In this document: in pieces, positions 35,372-45,252 of the stretch
How the letters are laid out: each line of letters begins with the position of its first letter
How positions within the stretch are numbered: position 1 is the first letter of the stretch
Assembly (NCBI GenBank): GCA_039630235.1
Contig: JBCNVI010000002.1
Coordinates: 57,501 to 121,500 of the forward strand
DNA length: 64,000 bases
From: Candidatus Hydrothermales bacterium
GTDB lineage: Bacteria; Hydrothermota; Hydrothermia; Hydrothermales; JAJRUZ01
Reading direction: 5' to 3'
Notes under the pieces: generated by a model
What the model was told of the DNA's origin: nothing
Seen by the model: only the letters and a program-made list of their open reading frames with translations
The model's database searches: none
Position numbers and translations under genes: made by a program

Positions 35372-37309
35372 TTACTCTTTTGAAATCATCTTTTTAAGAA
35401 TTTTTAAATTTTCGTGGGTATTTTCATAAAAAGGGTTAATTTCAAGTGCTTTTTCAAAGCAAAATAAAGCTTCTTTGAATTTACCTAAGTTCATGTAGAT
35501 GACACCCAAATTGTTATATAAGATCTCGTTCGAAAATCCCCTTTGCTTTAAGCTCAAAAGGCCCTTTTCTGCTTCTTTTAAATTACCAAGCATAAAATAG
35601 ATATAGTATTTTTTCATTTCAAGAAGTGGTGAATAGTTTTTAGCTAATGTTTTCTCGATTATATATAAGGCACTTTCAAAGTCATTTTTTTTAATGAAGA
35701 AATCAGTTAAATGGTCATAAACTGGATAAGAGTCAAAACCGTATCGGTAAGCCAAAAAAATAAATCTTATATCTCCTTCTTTTAGAAATTTAAAAAGAAA
35801 ATATAGACCGGGATTTAAAAATTTTTTGTTTTCTATTAGAGGAAAGTATTTTTTCCAATCGGAGACCACCTCTGCCCATTTTGTTATTTCCTTTTTAAAG
35901 TAGAGTTCATCAAACATAACCTCAAAATCATTAAATCTTTTTGTATGATAAAAAAATAAAGGTTCTATCTTTTCTTTATTAACGTTAGAGCTTTTAAAAA
36001 GAGAGTCTGCCTCTTTAATTTTTCCCAAATGAAGCAAGTAGTTTATTCTGTAGGAAATTATATCTTCGACTTTTATTTTAAAATAAAAATTCAAAAGGAA
36101 AAATAAAATAAAGACAAATATCAAAAAAGAAAAAATTTCGAAGACAAAATTTTTTTTAAAGAGTTTGGATCTAAAGACAAAATAGAATACAAAAAAGAGA
36201 AAGAGAAAGAGAATCAGACCCTTATCCATGAGAAAGAAAACGTTTTCTCTTGAAAAAAAGAGATAACCAAACAAAAAAAGAAGCACCTTTTCAAATACAA
36301 AAGATAAAAAAATTATGATTTTATTTTTGTAAATTTTGATTAAAAAATAAAGAAAATACAGAAGGATAGTCAAAAATAGGTGAAAAAAGGAGAAAAGGGT
36401 TGAGTAAAAGACAATAGTCAAAATTATGAAATTTAAACTTTTTACCTCAGAGATTATAATTTTTTTCGAGATATAAAATAAAAAAGAAAAGCAGAGTAAA
36501 AAGAGAAAAAGTAAGTAGTCAAAGGGATGAACGGTTCCAAAGTCCTTCAGAAAAAACTTGTAACCTGTTAAAAGACCAAGTAGTGGTAAAAAGATGGGGA
36601 AAAAAGAAAAATCTTCCTTTAGTGTTTTTATAAAATTAAATTCTTTTAATAAGAAGGGTAAAAGAAAGAGGAAAGAAATAAAGCCGTAAATTGTTCCATA
36701 CTTTTGAGAATCAATAGGCAAAATACCGCCCTTAAAAAAATCAGGATAAATTTTTATTAAAGAAAGTGGTAAAAGCCCAAAGATTAAGATTGAAAGAAAA
36801 ATTAATATGTAAAGAACAAAACCCTTTAAGATTTTTCCTGTAAACTTTTTAACATAGTAAATTAAAATAAAGAAGGCTAAGATAATTTCGAGCCTCATCC
36901 CTGGAGAGGAGCCAGGAAAATATTTGAATGGATTAATTGCGTTTAAGAAATAATCCTTAAAAGAAAGAGAGGGATCAAGAGGATAAGATAGGTCATATCC
37001 TTTAAAACCTGAAACAAAAAAATCAAAAATCGGAGCAATAAGTATAACGGCAAAGGAATTTACAAGAATTTTTAAAACCTCCTCTATCTTTCTTTTTGTT
37101 ATAAAAATAATTAAATAAAGAAAAATAAAAAGAAGGGTAAAATAAAAGAAAAAAAAGTGAATGTTTATTATTAAAGAAGTGTAGAAATCTTCAGAAAAAA
37201 ATAAAATGTGAGGTTCTTCAAGAAGACTTTCTAAAAAGTTTCTTAAAAGAACTATAACTAAAAAAGTGTAAAAGTATAAATCGTAATTTAACATTGACTT
37301 TTTTTTCAT
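35372..37309 (-). CDS. Large polytopic membrane protein with C-terminal TPR repeats
   Basis: 645 aa with about 12 or more TM helices. The C-terminus carries TPR-like repeats (LYNNLGVIYMNLGKFKEALFCFEKALEINPFY). Confidence 0.55.
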   Translation of the reverse strand: MKKKSMLNYDLYFYTFLVIVLLRNFLESLLEEPHILFFSEDFYTSLIINIHFFFFYFTLLFIFLYLIIFITKRKIEEVLKILVNSFAVILIAPIFDFFVSGFKGYDLSYPLDPSLSFKDYFLNAINPFKYFPGSSPGMRLEIILAFFILIYYVKKFTGKILKGFVLYILIFLSILIFGLLPLSLIKIYPDFFKGGILPIDSQKYGTIYGFISFLFLLPFLLKEFNFIKTLKEDFSFFPIFLPLLGLLTGYKFFLKDFGTVHPFDYLLFLFLLCFSFLFYISKKIIISEVKSLNFIILTIVFYSTLFSFFHLFLTILLYFLYFLIKIYKNKIIIFLSFVFEKVLLFLFGYLFFSRENVFFLMDKGLILFLFLFFVFYFVFRSKLFKKNFVFEIFSFLIFVFILFFLLNFYFKIKVEDIISYRINYLLHLGKIKEADSLFKSSNVNKEKIEPLFFYHTKRFNDFEVMFDELYFKKEITKWAEVVSDWKKYFPLIENKKFLNPGLYFLFKFLKEGDIRFIFLAYRYGFDSYPVYDHLTDFFIKKNDFESALYIIEKTLAKNYSPLLEMKKYYIYFMLGNLKEAEKGLLSLKQRGFSNEILYNNLGVIYMNLGKFKEALFCFEKALEINPFYENTHENLKILKKMISKE

Positions 37310-37363
37310 CTTCTATTATAATTATCAATCATAGGTTCAACTCCAAATCAATAAAATAACATC

Positions 37364-39016
37364 ATGAGATCTATAATTTTAATATTCCTGCTTTTCTTTA
37401 CCATTCCTCTAAAAGCCCAATGGGTAACTCTGCTTAATGAAAATTTTGAAGCAGGTGTAATACCTTCAGGTTGGTCTGTTTATAACGGAAATGGAGACGG
37501 CTATACATGGACAGTTGGAACCTCTACAGATTTAGGTGCTTATCCTCCACCAAATTACGGAACTAAATATGCATACTACACAGATGATGATGCAGGAAGT
37601 GGCGCTCCTATAACCGATGAGCAACTTATTACGCCCTCACTCTCTGTATCTCAAATGGACATTTTAATACTCATCTTTTCTTGGGGATTTAATATGTTTA
37701 GTCCTGGACAAGAATTCTATTATGTAAAAGTTCGATTTTTCAGTGGTGGCTCTTGGGGTCCTTGGATTCAGGTTGCTAACTTACCCGGTGATGCAAATGG
37801 GGTTGATACCATAGATCTATCTTCTTACCTACCAAAAGATTCTGTTAAGATTATGTTTCAATATGTTGAAACTACTGCTAGATGGAACTGGGCTGTAGCA
37901 GTAGATAACGTTACTGTTATGGGTCGTCTTCTGCTCCAAAACAATATGAAGGTTGTAAAAATACTTTATCCAACAGACATAGTTGATAGATATATGACTC
38001 ATTATCCAAAAGTTTGGGTTCAGAATACTGGTTTACAGAGTGCAACCTATAATGCCATATTTGATATATATGACTCATTATTTACAACTCGTCTTTATTC
38101 TGATACACTTTTAAATAATTCTCTTGCTTCTGGAGGAAGCGATACTTTAAATTTTGACAAAGGTTTTAACCCACCTTATATAGGATGGTATAAAACAAAA
38201 GCTACAATAGTATTTCCACCTGATCAATATCCACAGGATAACTCTCTGACATCCCAATTTTATGCTTTTGCGCCTCCTGAATCTCTAACTGAAAGTTTTG
38301 AGAATAACTTTCCTCCCTTTCTGTGGTCGCTATCAGGCCAAATTTCCTGGAGATGGGGTCCTTATTACGGTGACAATATTGTTGAACCCTCAAATGCCTA
38401 TCATGGTACAAGATACGCAAGTTTCCCATCTTTTAATACTCATAGGGGACTTAAGGGAGCACTAATAAGCCCAGGAGTAAGGTTGAATCCAATCTATGGA
38501 ACACCAAGAGTATTTTTCTGGGCATGGAATAGGGGAACAGCAAACAATAACGACACTCTTAAAGTTTTTGTTTCAATAGATAAAGTGACCTGGAATCTAA
38601 TCGATAGGATGGTAGGAGATTTTGAGAGAATTTACGCTTTATCTCTCTCAGCTTACTCTAATCAAACTGTCTACATAAAGTGGGAAGGTATCTCAGATGA
38701 CGGTATTTCAAATATTGTAATTGATTACGTGAAAATAAGCTACGGAACAGACGTCTCAGAGGTTAATTTCGGAAAAGAGAAAGACTATATGATAAACTCA
38801 CTTTCAAAGGATTTAAAAATTAAATTCATCGGTGAAAATTACAGAGATATCATCTTAAACATATATAGTAAGGAGGGAAGAAAAGTTAAAAGTATTAAAA
38901 AAGAAGACATTAGAGAGGGTAAGGGATACATACAAAAAGTTCCATCAGGGCTCTACCTTATTAAAGGTAAAATAGAGAGTAGACCTATAAGGGAAAAGGT
39001 TATAATCCTAAAGTAA
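37364..39016 (+). CDS. Secreted protein with choice-of-anchor-J/MAM-like domains and a T9SS-type C-terminal sorting domain
   Basis: Signal peptide. GWSVYNGNGDGYTW is followed by WAVAVDNV, and a second copy follows. The tail reads ILNIYSKEGRKVKS...SGLYLIKGKIESRPIREKVIILK. Confidence 0.6.
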   Translation: MRSIILIFLLFFTIPLKAQWVTLLNENFEAGVIPSGWSVYNGNGDGYTWTVGTSTDLGAYPPPNYGTKYAYYTDDDAGSGAPITDEQLITPSLSVSQMDILILIFSWGFNMFSPGQEFYYVKVRFFSGGSWGPWIQVANLPGDANGVDTIDLSSYLPKDSVKIMFQYVETTARWNWAVAVDNVTVMGRLLLQNNMKVVKILYPTDIVDRYMTHYPKVWVQNTGLQSATYNAIFDIYDSLFTTRLYSDTLLNNSLASGGSDTLNFDKGFNPPYIGWYKTKATIVFPPDQYPQDNSLTSQFYAFAPPESLTESFENNFPPFLWSLSGQISWRWGPYYGDNIVEPSNAYHGTRYASFPSFNTHRGLKGALISPGVRLNPIYGTPRVFFWAWNRGTANNNDTLKVFVSIDKVTWNLIDRMVGDFERIYALSLSAYSNQTVYIKWEGISDDGISNIVIDYVKISYGTDVSEVNFGKEKDYMINSLSKDLKIKFIGENYRDIILNIYSKEGRKVKSIKKEDIREGKGYIQKVPSGLYLIKGKIESRPIREKVIILK

Positions 39017-39032
39017 ACAAAGGGAGGTAAAA

Positions 39033-41870
39033 ATGTTAGGTCTAATTTTAAGTTTTATAATATCCGTGGAGGTGGGGCCCAAACTAAAGAAGATCCTATC
39101 TGAGGGAAAAGATGGTATATATCCTGTACTGATATACGTTAAAAATACCCTGGATGAAAAAGAGCTTGAAAAACTCACCGAATCTAAATCAAAGGAGTTA
39201 AAAAGAAAAATAGTAATTCAAAAACTAAAGGAAAATGCGGCAGCATCTCAAAGAGAAATTTTAAATTTCTTAAGGGGAAAAAATGTCAAAGATCTAAGAC
39301 CTATATGGATAGTTAATGCGATATATGTAAAACTTGATCTAAAAACTATAAGGGAACTCCTCACAAGGAACGATATAGAGGGAATAGAAATTGATGAACC
39401 TGTAAAGGCAATACTGGGAGATACAAAACCTGGTAAAAAGATAAAATTAAAGTCTATTCCTGCTGCTCCTGACACTGCTTGGGGGGTTAAGTATATAAAT
39501 GCGAAACATGCCTGGAGCTTAGGCTACAGAGGAAATGGAGTCGTAGTTGGAATCTTTGATACAGGAGTAAACTATAACCACAATGATATAAGGGATAGGA
39601 TTTTTAGAAATGAAGTGGAATATGCTGGGCTTCCAGGTGTAGACGATGATGGAAATGGGTATGTTGACGATTATATAGGTTGGGATTTTGCAAACTGGGA
39701 TAACGATCCAATGGATGATTATAGGGATATGTGGGGGAATCCAGTTTTCCACGGGTCTCATGTAGCAGGAACAGTTGCAGGAGATGGAACAAGTGGACTT
39801 TTAACAGGAGTTGCACCAGAGGCAACAATTTTACCTTTAAAGGTTTTAAATTCAGCTGGATGGGCTGCTGAGGGTTGGGTATGGCTCGCAATGGAATACG
39901 CTATTGAAATTGGTTGTGATGTGATGAGCTTCTCTATTGGATGGATGAACGATTGGACCCTTGATAGATCAAGATGGAGATATGCATCAAAAATGGTAAG
40001 ATTAGCCGGAGCAGTTATGTCCTGTGCTGCAGGAAACAACGCAAATGACACCCCTAATGAGAATATACCAAACCCTGGATCTTGCCCTCCGCCTTGGCTA
40101 CATCCCACACAGAGAGCAACAGGTAATATTGGATCTCTCTCAGCTGTAATTACAGTTGGCGCGCTAACCTTAGATGGAGATACTGCTGGATTCTCCTCGG
40201 TAGGCCCTTCACACTGGGGTAATGTTGCACCTTGGAATGATTTTCCTCTCCCAACCGGACTTATTGATCCTGATATCCTTGCTCCTGGAGTCCTTGTTCA
40301 GAGCTTAGCAGGAGAAACAAACGATGGGTATAGACTTATGAGTGGAACAAGTATGTCAACACCCCATATCTCAGGTGTCTTAGCCTTACTCTTTTCAAAA
40401 AATCCTGAAATGACACCAAGAATGGCTGATTCAATAATTGAGTCAACAGCAACTGATATGGGAACACCTGGCAAAGATAACATTTACGGAGCTGGTAGAC
40501 TGAACTTACCTCTTGCAATTAATAGCCTTCCACTACCTCAATTTAATCTTGTTGTTCTTAAGGATTCAGTTTATGATGGAAATGATAATATTATAAAACC
40601 AGGGGAAACTGTAAATTACTATTTAAGGATTAAAAATACAGGAACACATACTATAACTGGAGTTTCTGCTCATCTTACTTCTCCTTCAAGATACATAATA
40701 GTAGTAAATGCAAATGTAAATGTTGGAAATATACCTGCTGGTTCTGTAGCTCTTGTTGGTCCATTTACATTTAATGTATCAAACGATGTTCCAAGGGATG
40801 CAAGAGCAATTTTCTTTACCGAGTTTTATGGAAATTCTAATAACTATTACGCAAAGAGATTTACTGCCTGTAACTTAAATCCATACTCACCAACAGAGGT
40901 TTATGGTCCAGATCTTTATGGATATTATGCTTACGAATCAAAAGATACAGATCCCTATAGACCTGTCTTTAGCTGGATACCTACACCCGCTAATGCCACT
41001 TCACACAACTTGACAGATGATTCAGCTGCAGTAGTAAGTCTTCCCTTTACCTTTAAATACTATAACATGCCTATTTCTAATATAGTGATCGGAAACAACG
41101 GTCATTTAATAGTTGCTGCTTTAACCAGTTTTTCACCTATAGAAAATATGCCTCTCCCCTATAGAGACGCCTATCCAATGATTTCACCCTTGTGGGCTGA
41201 CTATGACCAAACTGTAAACGGAAATTATGGTTATACCTATTCTTTCTATGACGCTGCAAACCATAGGTTTGTTGTCACTTATTATGATGTCAGACATTCT
41301 ACCTACGCAGGTGGTCCATCAAATGCCTATGAGAGGTTCCAGGTTATACTTTATGACCCTGCCTACTATCCAACTCCAACAGGAGACGGTGAAATAGTAT
41401 TTCAATACAAAAGAAAACCTCGTTTACAAGAAGAGTATTATGTTCCATGGAATGTTGGATCAGTTATAGGAATAGAATCACCTTACGAGCATACTGGTAT
41501 AACAGCTTGGTACGCTGATGCTCCAAGATCTGGATTCCATTCTCCTGACTCTAACTATGCAATTAAATTCACTACAGTTCCACCCTCTCCTTTCTCTGAG
41601 CTAAGTATAGAAGAAAGGGACTCTAAAAATAAGCTAGTTTTAAAGAAAACATTTGGCAAAAGAGAGATCTTCTTGTCCCTTGAAGGCGAAGAAAAGGGAT
41701 TTATAACTCTTTACGGATTAGGTGGAAGAAAAATAGCAGTCTTAAAGGATGGAAGATTATCAGGTGATATGTATATCAGAATTCCTAAGGAACTTCCCCA
41801 GGGAATTTACTTTATTAAAGTAGAAACGGATAAGAGAAAGGAAACGGAGAAAATAGTGGTTTCTGAATGA
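39033..41870 (+). CDS. Subtilisin-family (S8) serine peptidase with a long C-terminal extension and a T9SS-type sorting domain
   Basis: Catalytic triad contexts are GIFDTGV (Asp), HGSHVAGT (His) and SGTSMSTPH (Ser), with an I9-like propeptide. The tail reads ITLYGLGGRKIAVL...QGIYFIKVETDKRKETEKIVVSE. Confidence 0.88.
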   Translation: MLGLILSFIISVEVGPKLKKILSEGKDGIYPVLIYVKNTLDEKELEKLTESKSKELKRKIVIQKLKENAAASQREILNFLRGKNVKDLRPIWIVNAIYVKLDLKTIRELLTRNDIEGIEIDEPVKAILGDTKPGKKIKLKSIPAAPDTAWGVKYINAKHAWSLGYRGNGVVVGIFDTGVNYNHNDIRDRIFRNEVEYAGLPGVDDDGNGYVDDYIGWDFANWDNDPMDDYRDMWGNPVFHGSHVAGTVAGDGTSGLLTGVAPEATILPLKVLNSAGWAAEGWVWLAMEYAIEIGCDVMSFSIGWMNDWTLDRSRWRYASKMVRLAGAVMSCAAGNNANDTPNENIPNPGSCPPPWLHPTQRATGNIGSLSAVITVGALTLDGDTAGFSSVGPSHWGNVAPWNDFPLPTGLIDPDILAPGVLVQSLAGETNDGYRLMSGTSMSTPHISGVLALLFSKNPEMTPRMADSIIESTATDMGTPGKDNIYGAGRLNLPLAINSLPLPQFNLVVLKDSVYDGNDNIIKPGETVNYYLRIKNTGTHTITGVSAHLTSPSRYIIVVNANVNVGNIPAGSVALVGPFTFNVSNDVPRDARAIFFTEFYGNSNNYYAKRFTACNLNPYSPTEVYGPDLYGYYAYESKDTDPYRPVFSWIPTPANATSHNLTDDSAAVVSLPFTFKYYNMPISNIVIGNNGHLIVAALTSFSPIENMPLPYRDAYPMISPLWADYDQTVNGNYGYTYSFYDAANHRFVVTYYDVRHSTYAGGPSNAYERFQVILYDPAYYPTPTGDGEIVFQYKRKPRLQEEYYVPWNVGSVIGIESPYEHTGITAWYADAPRSGFHSPDSNYAIKFTTVPPSPFSELSIEERDSKNKLVLKKTFGKREIFLSLEGEEKGFITLYGLGGRKIAVLKDGRLSGDMYIRIPKELPQGIYFIKVETDKRKETEKIVVSE

Positions 41871-43252
41871 TTATAAATCCCTATATATTTCGTGAATACG
41901 ATATAAGGGGGATAGCCGAGGAGGATTTAAGAGACGAAAGTGTATGGCACATAGGTAAGGCAATTGCAAGTTATATAATTAAAAGGGGTGGGAAAACCAT
42001 ATCCTTGGGAAGGGATGCAAGAATCTCATCCCCAAGGATACATGATGTTGTTCTTGATGCGTTTTTAAAATCAGGGGTAAATGTAATTGACATTGGTATG
42101 GTTCCCACCCCCCTTCTTTATTTTTCAGTCTTCCATTTTGGTCTTGACGGAGGGGTTCAAATAACAGGGAGTCATAATCCAAAAGAGTTTAATGGAATTA
42201 AAATAATGTGTGGAAAAGAAACTATATATGGAAAGGAAATTCAGAAAATTAAAGAAATAATTGAAAGGGGGGAATACGTAGAGGGTCATGGAAAAAAGTG
42301 GATAAGAGAAGACGTGATCTTTGAATATATAAGAGAAATAAAAGAGAGGGTTAGATTATGGGATCCTGAAAATTATGAAGTTGCAGTTGATCCAGGTAAC
42401 GGTACCTGTGGACCTGTTATTGAAGAGCTTTATAGGGAGCTTAAAATAAAATTCACCGGAATTTATATGGAACCTAATGGACACTTTCCCAACCACTTAC
42501 CTGATCCTACGGTCGAAAAATATATGGAGGATTTAAAGAATCTAATGAAGAAAGAAAATAGGTTTACTTGTGGATTTGGATTTGACGGTGATGGTGATAG
42601 ACTCGGGGTGATAGATGATAAGTTTAGAATTATCTATGGGGATAAAATTCTTGCGATCCTTTCAAAAAAAGTTTTAGAAGAGAAAAAGGGAAGTAAGATT
42701 ATTTTTGATGTAAAAAGTTCACAGGGAGTTTACGAATATATAAAATCACTTGGGGGTGACCCTATAATATGGAAAACAGGTCACTCTCTAATTAAAGCTA
42801 AACTAAAAGAAGAAAATGCACCGATTGCTGGTGAAATGTCAGGTCATCTTTTCTTTAAGGATAGATTTTATGGATTTGATGACGCTATTTACGCTTCTTT
42901 GAGATTTTTAGAAGTAGTAGATACATTTAGAAAAAAAGTCTCAGAACTTGTTGATGAGATTCCCTTTTATTACTCAACACCTGAAATAAGAGTAGAGTGT
43001 CCAGATGAACATAAATTTAAAGTTGTAGAGAAACTAAAAAAGAAATTTTCAAAGAAATTTAAAATTCTTGACATAGATGGGGTAAGAATAAATTTTCCGG
43101 ATGGTTTTGGTCTTGTAAGAGCCTCTAATACTCAACCAGTTCTTGTTCTTAGATTTGAAGGGAAAACACCAGAAAAAATGGAAGAAATAAAAAATATTAT
43201 ATTAGAAGAACTCTCTAAATTCTCTGAGGTAAATTTAGGTTCAATTCCATAA
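41867..43252 (+). CDS. Phosphoglucomutase/phosphomannomutase family protein
   Basis: Active-site TGSHNPKEFNGIK, Mg loop GFGFDGDGDR, sugar loop GEMSGH. Confidence 0.9.
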   Translation: MIINPYIFREYDIRGIAEEDLRDESVWHIGKAIASYIIKRGGKTISLGRDARISSPRIHDVVLDAFLKSGVNVIDIGMVPTPLLYFSVFHFGLDGGVQITGSHNPKEFNGIKIMCGKETIYGKEIQKIKEIIERGEYVEGHGKKWIREDVIFEYIREIKERVRLWDPENYEVAVDPGNGTCGPVIEELYRELKIKFTGIYMEPNGHFPNHLPDPTVEKYMEDLKNLMKKENRFTCGFGFDGDGDRLGVIDDKFRIIYGDKILAILSKKVLEEKKGSKIIFDVKSSQGVYEYIKSLGGDPIIWKTGHSLIKAKLKEENAPIAGEMSGHLFFKDRFYGFDDAIYASLRFLEVVDTFRKKVSELVDEIPFYYSTPEIRVECPDEHKFKVVEKLKKKFSKKFKILDIDGVRINFPDGFGLVRASNTQPVLVLRFEGKTPEKMEEIKNIILEELSKFSEVNLGSIP

Positions 43253-43267
43253 AAAAGGCTTAACAAC

Positions 43268-43642
43268 ATGAATAAAGAGCCTACCCCTCAAGTAGATACT
43301 CATATAGGGGAATCAACTCATTTAAAAGGGGAAATAAGGGCAAAGGGAGGTATAAGAATAGATGGAGAATTTGAGGGAAACATTGAAACAAGAGATCTTT
43401 TTATTGTAGGGACAAACGGAAAAGTTAAAGTTCAAGAGGCAAAGGCAAAAAACGCAAGGATTGGAGGAAGCTTTACGGGGAAATTAGTAGTGGAGGGGAA
43501 GGCTCACTTTGAAAAAAATGCAAAATTTGAGGGTGAAGTTTATTGCAAGGGACTTATCGTGGAGGATGGTGTGATATTTAATGGTAAATGCTTAATGGAT
43601 GAAAAACTAATTAAGGAGGCAAAACAAAAAGAAGAAAAGTGA
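43268..43642 (+). CDS. Bactofilin-family cytoskeletal protein
   Basis: 124 aa. The repetitive beta-helix pattern is GEIRAKGGIRIDGEFEGNIET...GKLVVEGKAHFEKNAKFEGEV. Confidence 0.8.
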   Translation: MNKEPTPQVDTHIGESTHLKGEIRAKGGIRIDGEFEGNIETRDLFIVGTNGKVKVQEAKAKNARIGGSFTGKLVVEGKAHFEKNAKFEGEVYCKGLIVEDGVIFNGKCLMDEKLIKEAKQKEEK

Positions 43643-44511
43643 ATTTTTCTATAATTGTAGTTAATTTTAACAGTGGAAATTACCTTACCTATACCTTACG
43701 TTCCATAAAATTAAACATTTTAAATAAAGAAGATGACTTTGAAGTTATCGTGGTTGATAATAGTTCTACAGATGGTTCCTTAGAAAAGGCTCAAAAAATT
43801 TTTCCTGAGTTTAAATATATTAAAAGTCAAAAAAATCTTGGCTATGGAGGCGGATGTAACTTAGGAGCAGAGCTATCTAAGGGCAAAATTCTTATTTTTT
43901 CTAATGCTGACATAGTAATTCCACAAGGAACTTTTGATAAAATAAGATGGTATTTTGAAAAAGAAAAAAAACTCGGAATTCTTGGAGCAAAACTAGAGTA
44001 TCCAGATGGAACTTATCAACCAAGTTGCAGAAGATATCCCAGGTTTAAATATCTTTTATTTGGAAGAAAATCAATTGGATCTTTTATTTTAAAAAATAAC
44101 CCTATAACACGAGAATTTCTCTATCTTGACCTTGAAAAAGAGAAAAAAGCATGTGAAGTAGAAGCTGTTTTAGGTGCCTTTATGGCTATAAAAAGAGAAG
44201 TCTTTGAAAGTGTCGGAGGTTTTGATGAAGAATTTTTCTTGTTTGCCGAAGATATCGACTTATGTCTAAGAGTTAAAAAAAGAGGATACAAAGTTTTATA
44301 CGCTCCCGATATAAAAATTATTCATTTTCATGGGGGTTCAAGAAAGTATTTAGGCCCCAAATCTGAACATTATTTAAGAAAATCTATTTTTAAATTTTTT
44401 AAAAAACACAATTCAATAAACACCCTATCAAGGCTAATTTTATACTTAGGACTAGTTGCATCTACTTCCTATTCCTCTGCATTTTCAATTTTCCACACAA
44501 ATAAAAATTAA
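43639..44511 (+). CDS. Family 2 glycosyltransferase
   Basis: FSIIVVNFNSG, VVDNSSTDGS, FAEDIDLCLR. Confidence 0.85.
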   Translation: MNFSIIVVNFNSGNYLTYTLRSIKLNILNKEDDFEVIVVDNSSTDGSLEKAQKIFPEFKYIKSQKNLGYGGGCNLGAELSKGKILIFSNADIVIPQGTFDKIRWYFEKEKKLGILGAKLEYPDGTYQPSCRRYPRFKYLLFGRKSIGSFILKNNPITREFLYLDLEKEKKACEVEAVLGAFMAIKREVFESVGGFDEEFFLFAEDIDLCLRVKKRGYKVLYAPDIKIIHFHGGSRKYLGPKSEHYLRKSIFKFFKKHNSINTLSRLILYLGLVASTSYSSAFSIFHTNKN

Positions 44512-44516
44512 AGCTT

Positions 44517-45242
44517 TTGGAAGGACCGGGTGTTTTCCTTATAGCAGAAAAATTGAAATTTCTAAAAGGGAAAAATCCACTTGAAGTTAAGGGAAATAGT
44601 CGCGAAAGTAAAGAAGTCATCCTAGGGAAAAAAATTTTAGATGTAAAGAGTCATGGTAAAAACTTAATCTTTGAATTTGACTCCTTTTACCTTATAATCC
44701 ATTTTTTAATTTATGGTTCGATCAGAATAAATAGTGTAAAAGAGGGAAAAAAAGAAAGATTATCAATTAGATTTAATGATACTTTAATAAATTTTTACAA
44801 TACCTCAGTTAAAATACTGAACAAAAGGGACTTTAAAATTGATCCAACTATCGATGTAATGAAGAGAAACTTTGATAAGAATAAAGCGAAGGAAAAAATT
44901 ATTAATTCAGATGAGTTTATTTGCGATATTCTATTGGATCAAAAAATTTTTGCTGGAGTAGGAAACATAATTAAAAACGAAGCACTCTTTAGAGCAAAGA
45001 TTCACCCGCTAAGTATAGGGAAAAAAATAAAAGAAGAAAATATTGAAAGATTAGTTAAAGAAGTACTGTCTTTTTCCCGTCTTTTCTATATTACAAGAAA
45101 ATCGAATAAAAGATTAAAGGACTATCTTTTAATATACGGAAAAAAACTCTGTCCAATTTGTAATGGAAAAGTTAACCTAAAATATATAGCAAAAACAAAA
45201 AGAAAAACCTACTTTTGCATGTCCTGTCAATTTTTATATTGA
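44517..45242 (+). CDS. nei: Fpg/Nei-family DNA glycosylase (Nei/NEIL3-like N-terminus)
   Basis: H2TH motif LLDQKIFAGVGNIIKNEALFRAKIHP and C4 zinc finger CPICNG...YFCMSCQ. It has a TTG start, and the N-terminus M-EGPGV lacks the canonical Pro2. Confidence 0.75.
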   Translation: MEGPGVFLIAEKLKFLKGKNPLEVKGNSRESKEVILGKKILDVKSHGKNLIFEFDSFYLIIHFLIYGSIRINSVKEGKKERLSIRFNDTLINFYNTSVKILNKRDFKIDPTIDVMKRNFDKNKAKEKIINSDEFICDILLDQKIFAGVGNIIKNEALFRAKIHPLSIGKKIKEENIERLVKEVLSFSRLFYITRKSNKRLKDYLLIYGKKLCPICNGKVNLKYIAKTKRKTYFCMSCQFLY

Positions 45243-45252
45243 ATCAAAAAAT

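Noticed and set aside
39248-40518. Series of 60-116-aa minus-strand ORFs in the ORF track (39248-39475, 39519-39761, 39604-39891, 39758-40108, 40298-40483, 40336-40518)
   Set aside because: All lie antisense inside the S8 peptidase gene, which has clear catalytic motifs. They are shadow ORFs with low-complexity translations.
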